From NCBI GenBank assembly GCA_034439615.1, contig JAWXAT010000047.1, positions 133,984 to 197,983 on the forward strand: a stretch of 64,000 nucleotides of DNA, read 5' to 3'. The position numbers were made by a program, and so were the translations under genes. The notes under the pieces were generated by a model. The model saw only the letters and a program-made list of their open reading frames with translations, was not told where the DNA came from and searched no databases. The DNA comes from Oligoflexia bacterium (GTDB lineage Bacteria > Bdellovibrionota > Bdellovibrionia > JABDDW01). Below are positions 44,071 to 54,715 of this stretch, one piece after another. How positions within the stretch are numbered: the first letter of the stretch is position 1; the number at the start of each line of letters is the position of its first letter.

Positions 44071-45246
44071 ATGAAACCATTTGAAGGTTCTGATTTTTAC
44101 AATATCGATTCTATGCTCACAGAAGAAGAACGCATGATTCGAGATACCGTCAGACAATGGGTTTCAAAAGAAGTCATTCCCATCATCGAAAAATACGATC
44201 GAGAAGGTACATTTCCAAAAGTATTAGTTCCACAACTTGCCGAAATGGGAACCCTTGGAGCAACACTTAAAGGCTACGGTTGCGCGGGGCTTAGTTACAC
44301 AGCGTATGGCCTTATCATGCAAGAACTTGAGCGCGGCGATTCAGGCTTGAGAAGTTTTGTGAGCGTGCAAGGAGCGCTTTGTATGTTCCCCATTCACGCT
44401 TATGGTACTGAAGAACAAAAGCAAAAATATCTTCCTGGAATGGCGGCCGGCAAAATCATTGGCTGCTTCGGACTCACAGAACCTGACTTCGGTTCAAACC
44501 CCGGTGGAATGCTCACACGTGCTCGTAAAGATGGTGACAGCTACATTCTTAACGGCAGTAAAATGTGGATCACCAACGGTGGCCAAGCCGAGGTAGCAAT
44601 TGTTTGGGCAAAAACAGAAGACGGAAAAATTCGTGGATTTCTCGTCGATAAAGGAACTCCAGGTTACACAACAAAAGACATTCACGGCAAATTCTCACTA
44701 AGAGCAAGTGTCACAAGTGAACTTAACTTTGCAGATTGTCGTATTCCTGCATCAAATTTACTTCCAAATGTTGAAGGTCTTAAGGGCCCCTTTGGTTGCT
44801 TAAATAACGCACGTTTCGGAATCGCTTGGGGCGCACTTGGCTCTATGATGGCTGTATTTCATGAAGCCACAGAATATGCAAAATCACGTATTCAATTTGA
44901 TAAACCCATCGCAAGTTACCAATTGGTTCAAGCAAAACTGGCCTATATGTTAACTGAACTCACCAAGGGTCAACTCGTAGCACTCCAATTAGGGCGCATG
45001 AAAGACCAAGGCTCAGCCAAAGCACATCATGTGAGCTTAGCTAAAATGAATAACGTTTCAGAAGCCCTAAAAATTGCACGTATCGCCCGCGATATCTTAG
45101 GTGCAAACGGCATTACAGATGAATATCAAGTTGGTCGCCACATGAGAAATCTTGAAAGCGTAAACACCTATGAAGGCACTGAAGACATTCATCGTTTAGT
45201 TCTGGGTGAATACATCACCGGAATTCCCGCTTACCGAGTGAACTAA
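44071..45246 (+). CDS. gcdH: glutaryl-CoA dehydrogenase-type acyl-CoA dehydrogenase
   Basis: It has CFGLTEPDFGSNPGGM, YEGTEDIH and the overall length and layout of GCDH. Confidence 0.8.
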   Translation: MKPFEGSDFYNIDSMLTEEERMIRDTVRQWVSKEVIPIIEKYDREGTFPKVLVPQLAEMGTLGATLKGYGCAGLSYTAYGLIMQELERGDSGLRSFVSVQGALCMFPIHAYGTEEQKQKYLPGMAAGKIIGCFGLTEPDFGSNPGGMLTRARKDGDSYILNGSKMWITNGGQAEVAIVWAKTEDGKIRGFLVDKGTPGYTTKDIHGKFSLRASVTSELNFADCRIPASNLLPNVEGLKGPFGCLNNARFGIAWGALGSMMAVFHEATEYAKSRIQFDKPIASYQLVQAKLAYMLTELTKGQLVALQLGRMKDQGSAKAHHVSLAKMNNVSEALKIARIARDILGANGITDEYQVGRHMRNLESVNTYEGTEDIHRLVLGEYITGIPAYRVN

Positions 45247-45264
45247 TACTGTGACATAAAAAAA

Positions 45265-45290
45265 AGCCCCTGATTTCTCAGAGGCTTTTC
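45265..45290. terminator. bidirectional terminator between convergent genes
   Basis: The stem pairs AGCCCCTGA with TCAGAGGCT (one mismatch), with loop TTTC, flanked by an A-run upstream and TTTT downstream. Confidence 0.7.
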
Positions 45291-45311
45291 AAAATACAAT
45301 TTTAAGCAGTC

Positions 45312-45638
45312 TTATGAACGTGATTTCTTAAAGCAATCACGGCAATAAACTGGTTTTGCTGGATCGGGCTTGAAAGGAACCTGAGTTTGAGCACCACATG
45401 TGGAGCAAACAGCAGAGAACATTTGTCTGTCGCCACGGTCTTCACCACCACGGCCTCGTCCACCACCACCACCACCGCCACCACCTTCACGACCGGTTTT
45501 ACGGTTGTCGCGGCAGGGTTTGCACCTTGTAGGTTCATTTTGAAAACCTTTTTGTGCATAGAATTCTTGTTCGCGTGATGTAAACGTAAAATCAACACCA
45601 CAGTCCTTACATTGAAGGGTTTTATCTGAGTAACTCAC
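45312..45638 (-). CDS. zinc-ribbon protein with central Gly/Arg-rich (RGG-like) linker
   Basis: It has CKDCGVDFTFTSREQEFYAQKGFQNEPTRCKPCR, GGGGGGGGGRGRGG and CSTCGAQT...YCRDCF. The start is GTG with AAGGA SD. Confidence 0.75.
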   Translation of the reverse strand: MSYSDKTLQCKDCGVDFTFTSREQEFYAQKGFQNEPTRCKPCRDNRKTGREGGGGGGGGGRGRGGEDRGDRQMFSAVCSTCGAQTQVPFKPDPAKPVYCRDCFKKSRS

Positions 45639-45790
45639 TTTAGGGTTCCTTTTTTTGAATGGTTTAACATATTTTTCTCGGGGCGCTTAGTCCCCTAGGA
45701 GTTTCTTTACTGAAAACCGGTGGGAATACTTTGCAAGCCTTATCAATAATATTAACGCACAAGCCCATAGAATGCAAGGGGCCCTTATAC

Positions 45791-45988
45791 TTACTGGGTT
45801 TTTTTAACATTTATGGCTTTTGGCCCTTTGGGCGCACTTCCTACTTCATATTCAACCTTATCACCTTCGTTTAATTCCTCCCCAGGCGGGACATCTGTTG
45901 AATGTAAAAAGATATCCTCACCGTCATCGCCAGTAATAAAACCAAAGTGCTTTTTAGGATTATACCACTTCACCTTCCCCGTTTTCAT
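45791..45988 (-). CDS. cold-shock protein (CspA family)
   Basis: It has MKTGKVKWYNPKKHFGFI (RNP1) and DIFLH (RNP2-like). I moved the start to ATG 45988 (GGAGA SD). Confidence 0.9.
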   Translation of the reverse strand: MKTGKVKWYNPKKHFGFITGDDGEDIFLHSTDVPPGEELNEGDKVEYEVGSAPKGPKAINVKKTQ

Positions 45989-46288
45989 TGCTGTATCTCC
46001 TAGTGCAACGGGTCTTAAAGCTCTTATATTTATGCTAAGGGTCTTGGCGCTTATCGTCAAGCCGCTGAAATCGTTTATAGTGAATTCTAGACATGCGTCA
46101 TATGACTACCCGGTAGGACCCATGTAAAAAGTAGACTTAATTTACGGCATTTTAAAGCGCGATTTTGTCACTTTTTTCGACACAAATTAAAAATTCCTTA
46201 ATGATTTCAATGGGCATTGGTATTGCTAATAACGGTATTGTCCCGGCTTGTGTTCCAAGCCTTGTTGAAGTTGAAGCATTCCCTGAGA

Positions 46289-46570
46289 ATGCGGAAGGTA
46301 GTTGTTGTGGAACGTTTATATCGTGTCGTTTTCTTAGCTTTATTTATCATAGGTTTTGTTGGAGCAGCAGCTAGTAGCAGCCAATCGGGCCTAGGATCTG
46401 ATGAATCTGCTTTGGTTTCTATGATCAAAGATGTGCGTTTGGCCCAAGAGGCAAATGAGATCAACGAAGGTCGTTGGAATCAAAATGTTCAAAGCCTAAA
46501 TGAAGATTCACTCGCGCGGGTTGAGGCCGTGTTTGCTCACGACTCATCTGTCACCACTGTTCAAAAGTAA
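46289..46570 (+). CDS. hypothetical small membrane-anchored protein (weak call)
   Basis: The best-looking frame in a region with several competing short ORFs. It has one TM (VVFLALFIIGFVGAAA) followed by a polar tail, and the SD is weak. Confidence 0.3.
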   Translation: MRKVVVVERLYRVVFLALFIIGFVGAAASSSQSGLGSDESALVSMIKDVRLAQEANEINEGRWNQNVQSLNEDSLARVEAVFAHDSSVTTVQK

Positions 46571-46598
46571 GAGTTAAAGCACTCTTGCCTGTCGTATA

Positions 46599-46636
46599 GT
46601 AATCGTCTACTTTCGAACTTAAAAGTAGACGATTAC
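46599..46636 (+). promoter_or_regulatory. perfect 15-bp stem / 8-nt loop hairpin 15 nt upstream of the valS start
   Basis: GTAATCGTCTACTTT-cgaactta-AAAGTAGACGATTAC, read directly. No U-tract follows it. Confidence 0.5.
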
Positions 46637-46651
46637 CTCTGTGAGGAGAAT

Positions 46652-49306
46652 ATGGCGGAGTTACCCAAAGGGTTTGAACCCACCCAAGTTGAAAATAAGT
46701 GGTATCAATACTGGTCAGATAAAAATTATTTTTCAGCTGACGAAAATTCAAAAAAGCCATCTGTCAGTTTTGTCATCCCACCGCCAAACGTCACGGGCGT
46801 TTTGCACATGGGGCATGCGCTAAATAATACTCTTCAAGACATCATCGTTAGATTCAAACGCATGCAAGGTTTTAATGCCCTCTGGATTCCCGGCATGGAC
46901 CACGCGGGCATCGCTACACAAATGGTTGTTGAACGCATGCTCGCAAAAGACGGAGTAAAACGTGAACAACTGGGTCGTGAAAAATTCGTAGAAAAAGTTT
47001 GGGAATGGAAAGCGCAATCAGGCGGAATGATTCTGGGCCAACAAAAACGCCTTGGCTTAAGCGTTGATTGGAAACGCTCGCGCTTTACTTTAGATGAAGG
47101 GCTATCCCTTGCTGTACGCAAAGTCTTTGTTGATCTTTACAACGAGGGCTTGATCTATCAAGGAAACCGCCTTGTAAACTGGTGTCCACGATGTCAAACC
47201 GCAATCTCTGATCTAGAAGTTAAACATTCCGATACCAAGGGTACACTTTGGCATATTCGTTATCCGTTAGCCAATAACGCAGAAGTGATCGTTGCTACTA
47301 CGCGACCTGAAACTATGTTGGGTGATACTGCCATTGCGGTTCATCCAGATGATGAGCGCTATAAAAAATTAGTAGGTCTTAAAGTTAAATTACCACTCAC
47401 TGATCGAGAAATTCCCGTTATCAAAGATGACTATGTTGCAAAAGATTTTGGTAGTGGCATTGTTAAAATCACGCCAGCACATGATTTTAATGACTACGAA
47501 ATGGCGGTACGTCAAAAACTTCCGATGATTTCCATTCTTGATACCAAAGGTGTCATTAATGAAAAGGGCTATTCCTATAAAGGCATGAAAGTCGTTGATG
47601 CACGTAAAAAAGTTTTAGAAGATTTAACTGCTCTGGGTTTATTAGTGAAAGAAGAACCCCACGCTATGTCTGTGGGTCGCTGTGATCGCTGTGAAACGGT
47701 GATTGAACCCATGCTTTCAGATCAATGGTTTGTGAAGATCGCTCCACTTGCAAAACCAGCTATCGAAGTTGTTGAAAGTGGAAAAATTAAATTTACTCCT
47801 GAGAACTGGAAAAAAACTTACCTTGATTGGATGTACAACATCAATGATTGGTGTATTTCACGCCAGTTATGGTGGGGGCATAGAATACCCGCTTGGAAGT
47901 GTGATGATTGCAAAAAACATACTGTCTCAATGCAAGATGCAACTGAATGTCAGTTTTGCGAATCAAAAAATATTAAACAAGACACTGACGTGTTAGACAC
48001 TTGGTTTAGTTCAGCCCTTTGGCCCTTTAGTACAATGGGTTGGCCCGATAAAACAAAAACATTAGAAAGTTTTTATCCAACCACAGCCCTTGTTACTGGG
48101 TTTGATATTATTTTCTTCTGGGTCGCTCGGATGATCATGATGGGTCTTCACTTTATGAAAGATATTCCATTTAAAACTGTATACATTCACGCTCTGATTC
48201 GCGATGAAAGTGGTCAGAAAATGTCAAAGAGCAAGGGTAATGTGGTTGATCCGTTAGATCTTGTGAATGATTACGGAACTGATGCATTAAGATTTACCAT
48301 GGCCAGCATGGTAGGTGCCGGACGCGACATTAAATTTAGTGAAGATAGACTTGATGGTTACAGAAATTTTATTAATAAAATCTGGAATGCAACGCGGTTT
48401 TCTTTAACAGCTTTAGAAAATATTAAACTTTCAAAAGATATTAAAAAAGAAGCGTTAACTTTGCCTGACAACTACATTGTGTATGAATTAGAACAAACAA
48501 TTAAAGTAGTCACTCAAGCTCTTGAAGAATATAGATTCACCGACGCCGCTTCAGCACTTTATAAGTTCACCTGGAATGAGTTTTGTGATTGGTATTTAGA
48601 ATTATCAAAACCCGTACTCTACGGCACTGATACCGAGCAAAAAGCTCAATCTGGAGCAGTACTTATCGGTGTATTAGAAAGACTCGTTAAACTATTACAT
48701 CCCTTTGTTCCATTTATTACTGAAGAAATTTATCAATTACTTCCAGATCATGGCGAAAGTGTCATGATACAAAATTATCCAAAAACAGATGATCCTTTTT
48801 TCAAATTGGGTTCTAAAAAAGCAGCTGACGAAACAGAACTTATGAAACAAGTTATCACCGCAATACGAAATATTCGTGGTGAGAATCGTATTAGCCCAGC
48901 AATTAAAATTGCTGCACGTGTGGCATGTGAAGATGCTCAAGTTTTAGAAGTACTTAAGAAAAATACAGCTTTTGTGTTAAGCCTTGCTAGGCTTGAGAAA
49001 TTTGATTTGAGCACAAGCGGTGGTGACACAAAAAAGTGTGCTGTGTCTCTGGTGGTATCTGGAAACCTTAGGATTCAAGTTATCATTTCTCTCGAAGGTC
49101 TTGTAGATTTCGCTGAAGAAATTAAACGCCTTAATAAAGAACTAGAAAAAGTGAATAAAGACTTAGAACTCACTAATAAAAAACTATCCACTGATACGTT
49201 TGTGAAAAATGCGCCACCAGAAATTGTAGCACTTGAGAAAGAAAGATTAGAACAGCTAACAGATAAAAAAGTGCAACTTGGTCTAGGCCTTCAAAGATTA
49301 AGTTAA
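46652..49306 (+). CDS. valS: valine--tRNA ligase
   Basis: 884 aa. It has the HIGH motif (PPPNVTGVLHMGHAL), KMSKS and a C-terminal coiled coil. Confidence 0.97.
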   Translation: MAELPKGFEPTQVENKWYQYWSDKNYFSADENSKKPSVSFVIPPPNVTGVLHMGHALNNTLQDIIVRFKRMQGFNALWIPGMDHAGIATQMVVERMLAKDGVKREQLGREKFVEKVWEWKAQSGGMILGQQKRLGLSVDWKRSRFTLDEGLSLAVRKVFVDLYNEGLIYQGNRLVNWCPRCQTAISDLEVKHSDTKGTLWHIRYPLANNAEVIVATTRPETMLGDTAIAVHPDDERYKKLVGLKVKLPLTDREIPVIKDDYVAKDFGSGIVKITPAHDFNDYEMAVRQKLPMISILDTKGVINEKGYSYKGMKVVDARKKVLEDLTALGLLVKEEPHAMSVGRCDRCETVIEPMLSDQWFVKIAPLAKPAIEVVESGKIKFTPENWKKTYLDWMYNINDWCISRQLWWGHRIPAWKCDDCKKHTVSMQDATECQFCESKNIKQDTDVLDTWFSSALWPFSTMGWPDKTKTLESFYPTTALVTGFDIIFFWVARMIMMGLHFMKDIPFKTVYIHALIRDESGQKMSKSKGNVVDPLDLVNDYGTDALRFTMASMVGAGRDIKFSEDRLDGYRNFINKIWNATRFSLTALENIKLSKDIKKEALTLPDNYIVYELEQTIKVVTQALEEYRFTDAASALYKFTWNEFCDWYLELSKPVLYGTDTEQKAQSGAVLIGVLERLVKLLHPFVPFITEEIYQLLPDHGESVMIQNYPKTDDPFFKLGSKKAADETELMKQVITAIRNIRGENRISPAIKIAARVACEDAQVLEVLKKNTAFVLSLARLEKFDLSTSGGDTKKCAVSLVVSGNLRIQVIISLEGLVDFAEEIKRLNKELEKVNKDLELTNKKLSTDTFVKNAPPEIVALEKERLEQLTDKKVQLGLGLQRLS

Positions 49307-51009
49307 CGCTTAACTACGATCAGACCGAGTAGTGAAATTATGGTTAAAAGCGACAACCATCGTAAACATAAATAGATATTGTCAGGTGTGGTTCGATATT
49401 CAATTTTATGTTCACCCTGGTTTAATTGAATCAATTGATTCTCGTTAATATGCATAGTTTGATTAAGTGGATATTCTTTTTCATTTACATAAATTTTACT
49501 CCACGGAAATGCCTGCACATTTAAAGCGATATCTGTGGATTCAGATAAAGTTAATGTCACAGGCTGAACAATTCCAAACTGCTCACCTGTACCAACAGTC
49601 AAATATTGTTTCAGCAATGCTGCTTCCGTTTGATTATTCATATAGTCTTTATACAATCTGGTTGTTGCATAGGCAGGATATCCATAAAATTGCCGAGGCA
49701 ACTCGGTAAGTTCATCTGTATTCTTGTTCCACGGAGCTTCAACACGTTGATACTCACGCCAAACAAAAAGCGCACGTGGTATTTTAAGCGCAACCCCTAG
49801 CACCGCTATGATTACCGGTATCAACATCAATTTTAATATTTTATTCTCTGGTATCAATCTCTCTCTGATGACTAGAGCTGATAAAGGTATTGCCATCACC
49901 AACAATAGCAAATTGCAATAAGCCACTAAACGATATGTGAATTGAAACGCCGAAAACCCTGAGGGAATGTAGGTCCATAGAATTGGCGCTACAGAAAACA
50001 ATAGTATTACTGAAAATGAAACGCCTGAGAAAACAAATACTGATTTATGCACACCTAAAGTTTTATTGGATTTACTTTTAAAAAGTATAAAACTTAAAAA
50101 TGCACAAACTAAGAGTAGCGGCGTATTAATCTGAGTGTCTATGTAAGGTATTATGATCTTTAAAATTTCATCATGACTTTTATTCCATGTTCTTAAATCT
50201 AATGGAATGGGGGATAACCTTGCTATAATACTTTCTAAGTCTGGAAAAGTCTGAAGTTTTTGAATAGCACGGGTCATCTCTGTATGAATCCCGATTTTAA
50301 AATAAATATAAAGCCATGAACTCATTGCCACCAAATATAAGATTCCATAAACAGCCAACCACTTCATAAGTGGTTTTTTATTTTGAAACTGGTATGTGGC
50401 AAGTAGCGAGATGAACCCACAGAGTAAAACTCCAAAGGTTCCAGTTAAGGGGTGAATACCAGCAACTAGAATAATGCAAAGTGCGACCAGATAAGGCATG
50501 TGTGTTTTTAAATATTTTTCAGGGTTAAATATTATGCATAAATGCCAACAAAGCGCGCAGGTTAATAGTGTAAATGAAATGAATTCGGTCGCGGCAGCAC
50601 GATTATATAAATTTGTCAGTGGGTATATTGCGTAAGTCACAAGAGCTGCAATAAAAAGCGCCCATCTCTTGTGACCTGAAATTTCTTCGAACAATCTTTT
50701 AACCGCAAAACATTGAGCCAAAAATAAAACAACTACAACAAATCGATAAACAAGGTCTGTTGAAATAAAAATGCTTAGCAAACCCATTATCGGATAAAAA
50801 AATACCCCATAAAAAACAGGGTACGGCATTCCGACAACTTGGTTTGTGTTGAAAACTAATGGAAATGAATAGTGTTGACGAAAATATTCGCCAAAATATG
50901 CAATCATCCATTGATGATTAAACCAGTCTGTTGGAAATTGATGATTTAGAAAAAAAAGTGGAATGAGCGGCAAGATACAAATTCCAATAACCCAAAGTCT
51001 TTGCCGCAC
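49303..51009 (-). CDS. polytopic membrane protein, possibly GT-C-fold glycosyltransferase (function unknown)
   Basis: 568 aa. It has more than 10 predicted TM helices, then a soluble domain of about 130 aa and a terminal TM. I recognise no specific motif. Confidence 0.6.
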   Translation of the reverse strand: MRQRLWVIGICILPLIPLFFLNHQFPTDWFNHQWMIAYFGEYFRQHYSFPLVFNTNQVVGMPYPVFYGVFFYPIMGLLSIFISTDLVYRFVVVVLFLAQCFAVKRLFEEISGHKRWALFIAALVTYAIYPLTNLYNRAAATEFISFTLLTCALCWHLCIIFNPEKYLKTHMPYLVALCIILVAGIHPLTGTFGVLLCGFISLLATYQFQNKKPLMKWLAVYGILYLVAMSSWLYIYFKIGIHTEMTRAIQKLQTFPDLESIIARLSPIPLDLRTWNKSHDEILKIIIPYIDTQINTPLLLVCAFLSFILFKSKSNKTLGVHKSVFVFSGVSFSVILLFSVAPILWTYIPSGFSAFQFTYRLVAYCNLLLLVMAIPLSALVIRERLIPENKILKLMLIPVIIAVLGVALKIPRALFVWREYQRVEAPWNKNTDELTELPRQFYGYPAYATTRLYKDYMNNQTEAALLKQYLTVGTGEQFGIVQPVTLTLSESTDIALNVQAFPWSKIYVNEKEYPLNQTMHINENQLIQLNQGEHKIEYRTTPDNIYLCLRWLSLLTIISLLGLIVVKR

Positions 51010-51035
51010 GAGAGTACCTTTAATGTAAAATAGTT

Positions 51036-51800
51036 TTACAAAGACTTAATGGTTGCTTTTGCATACTCAGTTTTCATAATGGCAATATTTGATAGAGAGA
51101 TTTCGACTGGGCAAGCCGCTTCACACTCACCAATGTTCGTGCATCCACCAAAACGTTCTTTATCCATTTGATTGACCATACCCTCAACACGTCGGGTTTT
51201 TTCAACTTGCCCCTGTGGTAAGAGCGAAAGCTGTGCGATTTTTGCCGAGGTAAAAAGACTAGCAGAAGCATTTGGGCATGCAGCAACACATGCACCACAA
51301 CCAATACAAGTTGCAGCGTCCATTGCGCGATCTGCAATATCTTTGGGAATCAAAATAGCATTAGCGTCGGCATGTTGACCCGTTTTTGCAGAAGTGTATC
51401 CACCACTCCCGATGATGCGATCAAATGCGCCGCGATCAACAACTAAATCTTTAATGACAGGAAACGCCTTTGCGCGCCAAGGCTCTATCACTAGGGTGTC
51501 ACCATCTTTGAACGATCGCATGTAGAGTTGACAAGTTGTAGTTGCTTTTTGTGGGCCATGGGCTTGACCATTAATCATACAGCCACAAGTTCCACAAATT
51601 CCTTCGCGACAATCACTATCAAATTCAATGGGATCTTTGTTCTCTTTAACAAGTCTGTCATTTAAAACATCAAGCATTTCAAGAAATGACATATTGGGTG
51701 ACACATGAGTGACTTTATATTCTTCAAATTTTCCAGCAACATCTGAACTTGCCTGACGCCATACACTCAAATTCACTGTCATGGTTTGAACTGTACTCAT
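51036..51800 (-). CDS. sdhB: succinate dehydrogenase/fumarate reductase iron-sulfur subunit
   Basis: It has [22 protein letters not shown] and [12 protein letters not shown]. Confidence 0.93.
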   Translation of the reverse strand: MSTVQTMTVNLSVWRQASSDVAGKFEEYKVTHVSPNMSFLEMLDVLNDRLVKENKDPIEFDSDCREGICGTCGCMINGQAHGPQKATTTCQLYMRSFKDGDTLVIEPWRAKAFPVIKDLVVDRGAFDRIIGSGGYTSAKTGQHADANAILIPKDIADRAMDAATCIGCGACVAACPNASASLFTSAKIAQLSLLPQGQVEKTRRVEGMVNQMDKERFGGCTNIGECEAACPVEISLSNIAIMKTEYAKATIKSL

Positions 51801-53719
51801 TTGTAACTCCGCTGTGCTAAATGCACGTTCTCAAATTCGAGTTTTTCTTTATGTAGTACTGGTTGTTTATCTGCACCTTGATATTGCCAAGCAGACACAT
51901 GACCGTATTTTTCGTCGTCACGTAATGCTTCACCATCTGGTGTTTGACTTTCTTCTCTGAAATGACCACCACATGATTCAGCACGCTCAAGTGCATCTTT
52001 TGCCATGAGCTCACCTAATTCTAAAAAGTCAGCAACTCGGCCTGCAACTTCAAGATTTTTATTAAACGTTTCGTTTGAAGCCGGGATTTTAACATTTTGC
52101 CAAAATTCTTCTCGCAGAGTTTGAATTTTTGAAATTGCTGTTTTTAAACCAGATTCTGTGCGACCCATTCCCACGTGATCCCACATGATGAGTCCGAGTT
52201 CTCGATAAAATTCCATTACTGGCTTACGACCCTTTTCGCTGATTTTGAAAAATCTTGCGATCTGATCTTTAACTGACGCTTCAGCCATAGCAAACTCAGG
52301 ATGATCCACTGTAACTTTACTTAAACTATTAGAAGCTAAGTATTGGCCAAGTGTGTATGGAATAACGAAGTATCCGTCAGCTAAACCTTGCATTAATGCA
52401 CTTGCACCTAATCTATTCGCACCGTGATCAGAAAAGTTTGCTTCTCCTAAAACATGAAGTCCTGGAAGATTACTCATCAAATTGTAATCAACCCACAAAC
52501 CACCCATCGTGTAATGTACAGCTGGGTAAATGCGCATGGGCACTTCATAGGGGTTTTCACCCGTGATTTGTTGATACATTGAAAAAAGATTTCCGTATTT
52601 TTCTTTAATCACACTCATGCCGTCGCGCTTAATAGCATCTCTAAAATCGAGATACACAGCTAAGCCACTCTCACCGACTCCGCGGCCTTCATCACAAACC
52701 GCTTTTGCAGCTCGAGAAGCAACGTCGCGAGGAACGAGGTTTCCAAAACTTGGGTAGCGCCTCTCTAAATAATAATCGCGCTCACCTTCTGCAATTGTCT
52801 GAGGTGATTTTTTACAATCTTCTTTTTTAACCGGCACCCAAACACGCCCGTCATTACGAAGGCTCTCACTCATCAAAGTTAATTTTGATTGGTAATCACC
52901 TGAAACAGGAATGCATGTAGGATGAATTTGTGTGAAACAAGGATTAGCAAAAAGTGCTCCTCGTTTGTAACAACGCCAACTTGCTGTTGCGTTAGAATTA
53001 AATGCGTTTGTTGATAAATAATAAACCCGGCCGTAACCACCTGTGCAAAGAAGAACAGCGTCTCCTGCATGACGTTCAAGAGCACCCGTAACAAGATTTC
53101 GGGTAATGATTCCGCGAGCTTTTCCGTCGACCAAAACAAGATCTAGCATTTCTCGTCTTGGAAACATTTCAACGTGACCAGTTTCTACTTGGCGCATAAG
53201 TGCACCATAGGCACCCAAGAGAAGTTGTTGACCGGTTTGTCCTCGAGCATAAAAAGTGCGCGAAACTTGTGCGCCTCCAAATGATCGATTTGCAAGTTCT
53301 CCACTATACTCTCGCGCAAAAGGAACACCTTGAGCCACACACTGATCAATAATGCTTTTACTCAGTTCTGCCAGTCGATAGACATTGGCTTCCCGTGCAC
53401 GAAAATCACCACCTTTTACTGTGTCATAAAAAAGTCGCCAGACACTATCGCCGTCGTTTGGATAATTTTTCGCAGCATTTATTCCACCTTGCGCGGCAAT
53501 ACTATGAGCTCGGCGTGGTGAATCTTGAATACAAAAACTTTTTACATTGTAGCCAAGTTCCGAGAGTGATGCCGCAGCTGAGGCTCCAGCAAGACCTGTT
53601 CCGACAACAAGAATTGTGTGTTTTCTTTTATTCGCAGGACTAACCAATTTCATTTCACTACGGTAACGTTCCCACTTTTCAGTTACTGGACCTTCTGGAA
53701 TATGCGCGTCTAATTTCAT
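51797..53719 (-). CDS. sdhA: succinate dehydrogenase/fumarate reductase flavoprotein subunit
   Basis: 640 aa. It has [24 protein letters not shown] (covalent-FAD His region) and HYTMGG. Confidence 0.95.
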   Translation of the reverse strand: MKLDAHIPEGPVTEKWERYRSEMKLVSPANKRKHTILVVGTGLAGASAAASLSELGYNVKSFCIQDSPRRAHSIAAQGGINAAKNYPNDGDSVWRLFYDTVKGGDFRAREANVYRLAELSKSIIDQCVAQGVPFAREYSGELANRSFGGAQVSRTFYARGQTGQQLLLGAYGALMRQVETGHVEMFPRREMLDLVLVDGKARGIITRNLVTGALERHAGDAVLLCTGGYGRVYYLSTNAFNSNATASWRCYKRGALFANPCFTQIHPTCIPVSGDYQSKLTLMSESLRNDGRVWVPVKKEDCKKSPQTIAEGERDYYLERRYPSFGNLVPRDVASRAAKAVCDEGRGVGESGLAVYLDFRDAIKRDGMSVIKEKYGNLFSMYQQITGENPYEVPMRIYPAVHYTMGGLWVDYNLMSNLPGLHVLGEANFSDHGANRLGASALMQGLADGYFVIPYTLGQYLASNSLSKVTVDHPEFAMAEASVKDQIARFFKISEKGRKPVMEFYRELGLIMWDHVGMGRTESGLKTAISKIQTLREEFWQNVKIPASNETFNKNLEVAGRVADFLELGELMAKDALERAESCGGHFREESQTPDGEALRDDEKYGHVSAWQYQGADKQPVLHKEKLEFENVHLAQRSYK

Positions 53720-54420
53720 TTTAATGCTCCGCCTAAATCAAAGTAGATCCAAATAGGTATAAAGAGAAATCCTACAGATAAAAGAAAAGCGGTAATGACA
53801 CCAAGACAGTAAATCGGTTTTGAAAGTCTTGGAGTCATTGCACCCAATGATTGAAAAGCACTCCAAAAACCGTGACGCAAATGAAAGCCAACAAATATCA
53901 TCACACTCACATATCCAATAACCCAAAGTGGATTGTGGAAAACTTCGTTAACAAGTCGTGCAAGATCACGGGAAGGCTCACCGTTAAGCTGAGTCACATA
54001 ACCTTCAGGTACACTTGGCCCAAATTTGAATTGCCAAACATGAACAATTAAAAAAACAAGAATTACAATACCCGTAACGATCATATTGCGAGAGCTAACG
54101 TTACTCGTCTCAATTCCTTTTGAACGATACATCTTGTAGCCCACGGGTCGTGCATCACTATGACTCTTTTTAACAGTGAATGCCGCAATGATGTGAACTA
54201 AGAATGTTAAAACAAGTCCGATCTCAGCGATATAAAGTAGAACACCAAAGCTCGCTAAATACTTGGTGTAGGCATTAAAAGTTTGGCCCCCATCAAGTTT
54301 ATAGAGGCTGATGTTTCCAAGAAGATGAGTGATTAAAAATATCAATAAAGCCAGCCCCGTTAGGGACATCAGATATTTTTTGCCAATTGACGACGTGAGT
54401 GATTTTTTAAGCGTGAGCAT
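53716..54420 (-). CDS. sdhC: succinate dehydrogenase cytochrome b558-type membrane subunit
   Basis: It has [27 protein letters not shown] and five TM segments. The start is at ATG 54420. Confidence 0.8.
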   Translation of the reverse strand: MLTLKKSLTSSIGKKYLMSLTGLALLIFLITHLLGNISLYKLDGGQTFNAYTKYLASFGVLLYIAEIGLVLTFLVHIIAAFTVKKSHSDARPVGYKMYRSKGIETSNVSSRNMIVTGIVILVFLIVHVWQFKFGPSVPEGYVTQLNGEPSRDLARLVNEVFHNPLWVIGYVSVMIFVGFHLRHGFWSAFQSLGAMTPRLSKPIYCLGVITAFLLSVGFLFIPIWIYFDLGGALK

Positions 54421-54522
54421 ACGATGTAATTCCTTGTTTTTTAAGCAGTTTAACATTACGAGTTTATTCCTAAGCAAGTTTTCAAGTCAAGAATTGCGCG
54501 CTTGAAACAAGGAGATGACTTC

Positions 54523-54708
54523 ATGGAATCAATTACTTCAGATTGCCCTTATTGCGACGAGCCCATTGCCGCAGAATTTGATGGCACAGGAGCAGGAACC
54601 GAACGCTTCATCGTCGATTGTGACGTATGCTGTAAGCCAATCGAGTTTGTTGTAAGAATGACTCATGATGGCGAGTATGAGTTCGACGTTAAGACCGACG
54701 CGGATTAA
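54523..54708 (+). CDS. CPXCG-motif cysteine-rich small protein
   Basis: It has CPYCDEPI...DCDVCCKPIEF. The start is ATG 54523, 8 nt after AAGGAG. Confidence 0.7.
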   Translation: MESITSDCPYCDEPIAAEFDGTGAGTERFIVDCDVCCKPIEFVVRMTHDGEYEFDVKTDAD

Positions 54709-54715
54709 GGAGACA

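Noticed and set aside
45302-45601. Two alternative-frame ORFs (45302-45601 minus, 45387-45578 plus) rich in Val/Thr runs.
   Set aside because: They are generated by the GGT/GGC repeat tract of the zinc-ribbon gene. The zinc-ribbon frame has clear CxxC motifs, so the others are artefacts.
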